NCBI RefSeq assembly: GCF_020745735.1
Contig: NW_026867618.1
Span: 2,833,232-2,897,231 of the forward strand
Origin: Hemiscyllium ocellatum
Lineage: Eukaryota
Reading direction: 5' to 3'
DNA: 64,000 bases
Shown: in pieces, positions 62,050 through 64,000 of the stretch
Numbering within the stretch: position 1 is the first letter of the stretch
Layout of the letters: each line of letters opens with the position of its first letter
Position numbers and translations under genes: made by a program
The notes under the pieces: generated by a model
What the model was told of the DNA's origin: nothing
Database searches by the model: none
Seen by the model: the letters and a program-made list of their open reading frames with translations, nothing else

Positions 62050-62930
62050 TTAGTCTGGTGGCAATTACATTCTTATCTCGGAGCAAGTGTGGCCTTTCAA
62101 CATGTTCCACTCGCTATCTCGTAGCAATGGCAGTGTCTGATCTACTGTTCATTATTTTTGATATCATATTTGTTCAGTTTGTTTACTATTATTATCCGCC
62201 GTCTTTTCTGGACATCACTCCTGTTTGTAGTGTTCTCCACGTTCTGAGCTGCTTTACTGTTGATTGCTCTGTCTCGTTCACGGCTGCTTTTACATTTGAT
62301 TGATTTGTAGCAATTTGTATTCATCAGATGAAATCTCAGTATTGCACAGCGAAAACAGCAATGAGAGCTCTAGCAACAATCTGCATTTCCTTCTCTTTAA
62401 AGAATATTCCAATTTATTTCATATTTGAATCCGGATGGATAATTAATAACATTCCATGGTACTGTTACATAAAAGACAGTTATTATGACAATGTACATTG
62501 GGTGAGTTTTACATACATTGAAATGTTTTTCACACCATTTCTCCCATTTATTTTTATTGCCTTCCTCAACATTCTGACCGTCAGACACACCTTTGAGGCA
62601 GTTAAGGCACGTAAAGGACTGAGGGGTCAGAGAAAAACAGAGATTGACCCAGAGATAGATAGCAGAAAGAACTCTGTGATTTTACTCTATGCCATATCGG
62701 CCGATTTTATCCTTCTCTGGTTTGTGTATATTTTGTATATGTTCAATTTTGGTTATTACATGGATGATTTTGATCTCTTTGAACAAGTTGCATATATGCT
62801 GCAGAACCTAAGTTGCTGCACAAATGCACTTATTTATGTGATGACGCAGAAAAACTTTAGAGACCAGTTAAAGTATGCCGTGAAATATCCAGTTATAAAA
62901 ACAATTCAATTGATGAATAAATCCAAGTGA
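62050..62930 (+). pseudogene. GPR139-like GPCR gene 2, exon 2, with a nonsense codon in the DRF motif
   Basis: Acceptor ttctttcatcttacag at 62049. Reads VSLVAITFLSRSKCGLS..MAVSDLL..FTFD*FVAIC (TGA at 62301-62303), and the same frame continues to SCCTNALIY and the stop at 62930. Confidence 0.9.
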
Positions 62931-64000
62931 CTGAGAGCCAATATGAGATGCAGCAGATAATGGAACGAGATGTCCGCGTGAAGAATGAACGAAATGGAAA
63001 GAGGAGAAGCAACAGGATTTTGTTGTATTTTCGAATAAGAAAGAAATGACTCCATCCAAGTAGCAACACGGAAGAGACTAGAGGAACAAAGTCAAAGTAA
63101 ACTGTTGGTAGCAATGAGCAGCAGAATACAGAAAGCTAAACAAAAAAGCCCAAATCGAAACAGGAATGATACATGCCTCAGAAAAAAAATCTCCCAAGCA
63201 ATCACTGCACAGCAAGGGGACCAGAAACAATAATGAACTATTTGGTGAATGTATCGTCATTTACTGCATTTCGGAGTGGGAAACTGTTTCTCACAGAACT
63301 TTCGGATCCACACATCTGGACAAATTACAAAAACATGAGAGACTTCCAATTAAAAAGACTAAATAGCATACTGTATAAAATGTTTTTAAATCATAAATGT
63401 GTTTCCAGGGATACTTTGTTTCCATTCAGTTCCCTCGGCTTGATCCAGATATCAGTTCCTTCCTTTGTTTATATTTCTCATGATTCATGTAATCTGAGAC
63501 AGAGGACCGGAAAAATGTTGCTGTATGATCTCATCCTTTTTTTAGGTATTTATCTATGAGAGGTAATTTCCTCAAATTCCAGGAGCAGTAATTACTGTTT
63601 TCTAATCTGTTGCATTGTTTTGGAAATTTTGGGGAAAAGAACTATTTGAATAAAAATGACACTTTTGAAGAAAGACAGAGAGACAAAGCCAAGAACCTCG
63701 TGCTCAAGGTATTAAAGGAGAAAGAAACCGACGCAACTGTTTGACATACCTCTTTCAGAGAAGTATCTTTGGACATCGAAGTGTGTCTATGAAGAAATTA
63801 ACCAACAGTCGAATTCCAAGATGAACTTGAAGGAACCTGCGAGAGAGAGCTCGCAGTACAGGAGCAGCTCAGTTTTTAAAATATTTCAAGTGAAAACTTA
63901 CAGTCCGTTTTTAGGAAGTCTGCAATCGTGAATAGAGTGGATTCTTTGTGATGATATGTTTATTGAGTTCTGCTTCTTGATTAAATTTAAAAATACATAT

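Noticed and set aside
62301-62303. Selenocysteine or programmed readthrough at the TGA
   Set aside because: The position is the conserved Arg of DRF, CGA>TGA is the simplest explanation, and no SECIS was recognised.

Overview
Eukaryotic vertebrate genomic DNA, most likely a cartilaginous fish (shark). This is inferred from HE1-type V-SINEs, dense CR1 LINEs and GPR139-like paralogues. Most of the window is decayed retroelement sequence: CR1, Rex1/Babar, Penelope-like GIY-YIG elements, SINEs and satellites. Three host-gene models are supported by splice sites. (1) An apparently intact two-exon GPR139-like class A GPCR on the minus strand (44137-43957 joined to 19794-18899, about 358 aa, 24-kb intron). 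(2) A two-exon secreted AID/APOBEC-like deaminase (SNAD-like, 52471-52568 joined to 53567 onwards) with an unusual C-P-E...PCxxxC zinc motif, an in-frame TAA and a relic tandem duplicate just upstream. (3) A second GPR139-like gene on the plus strand (61113-61179 joined to 62050-62930) with a stop codon in its DRF motif. A degraded endogenous retrovirus (pol/integrase, gamma-type env, PPT, 3' LTR) lies at about 55370-59300 on the minus strand. Penelope termini carry minimal hammerhead-ribozyme cores, and the same terminus recurs as short stand-alone palindromic elements, one with an 83-bp stem and a 14-bp target-site duplication. All calls come from manual reading. Repeat boundaries are approximate and no database search was run.
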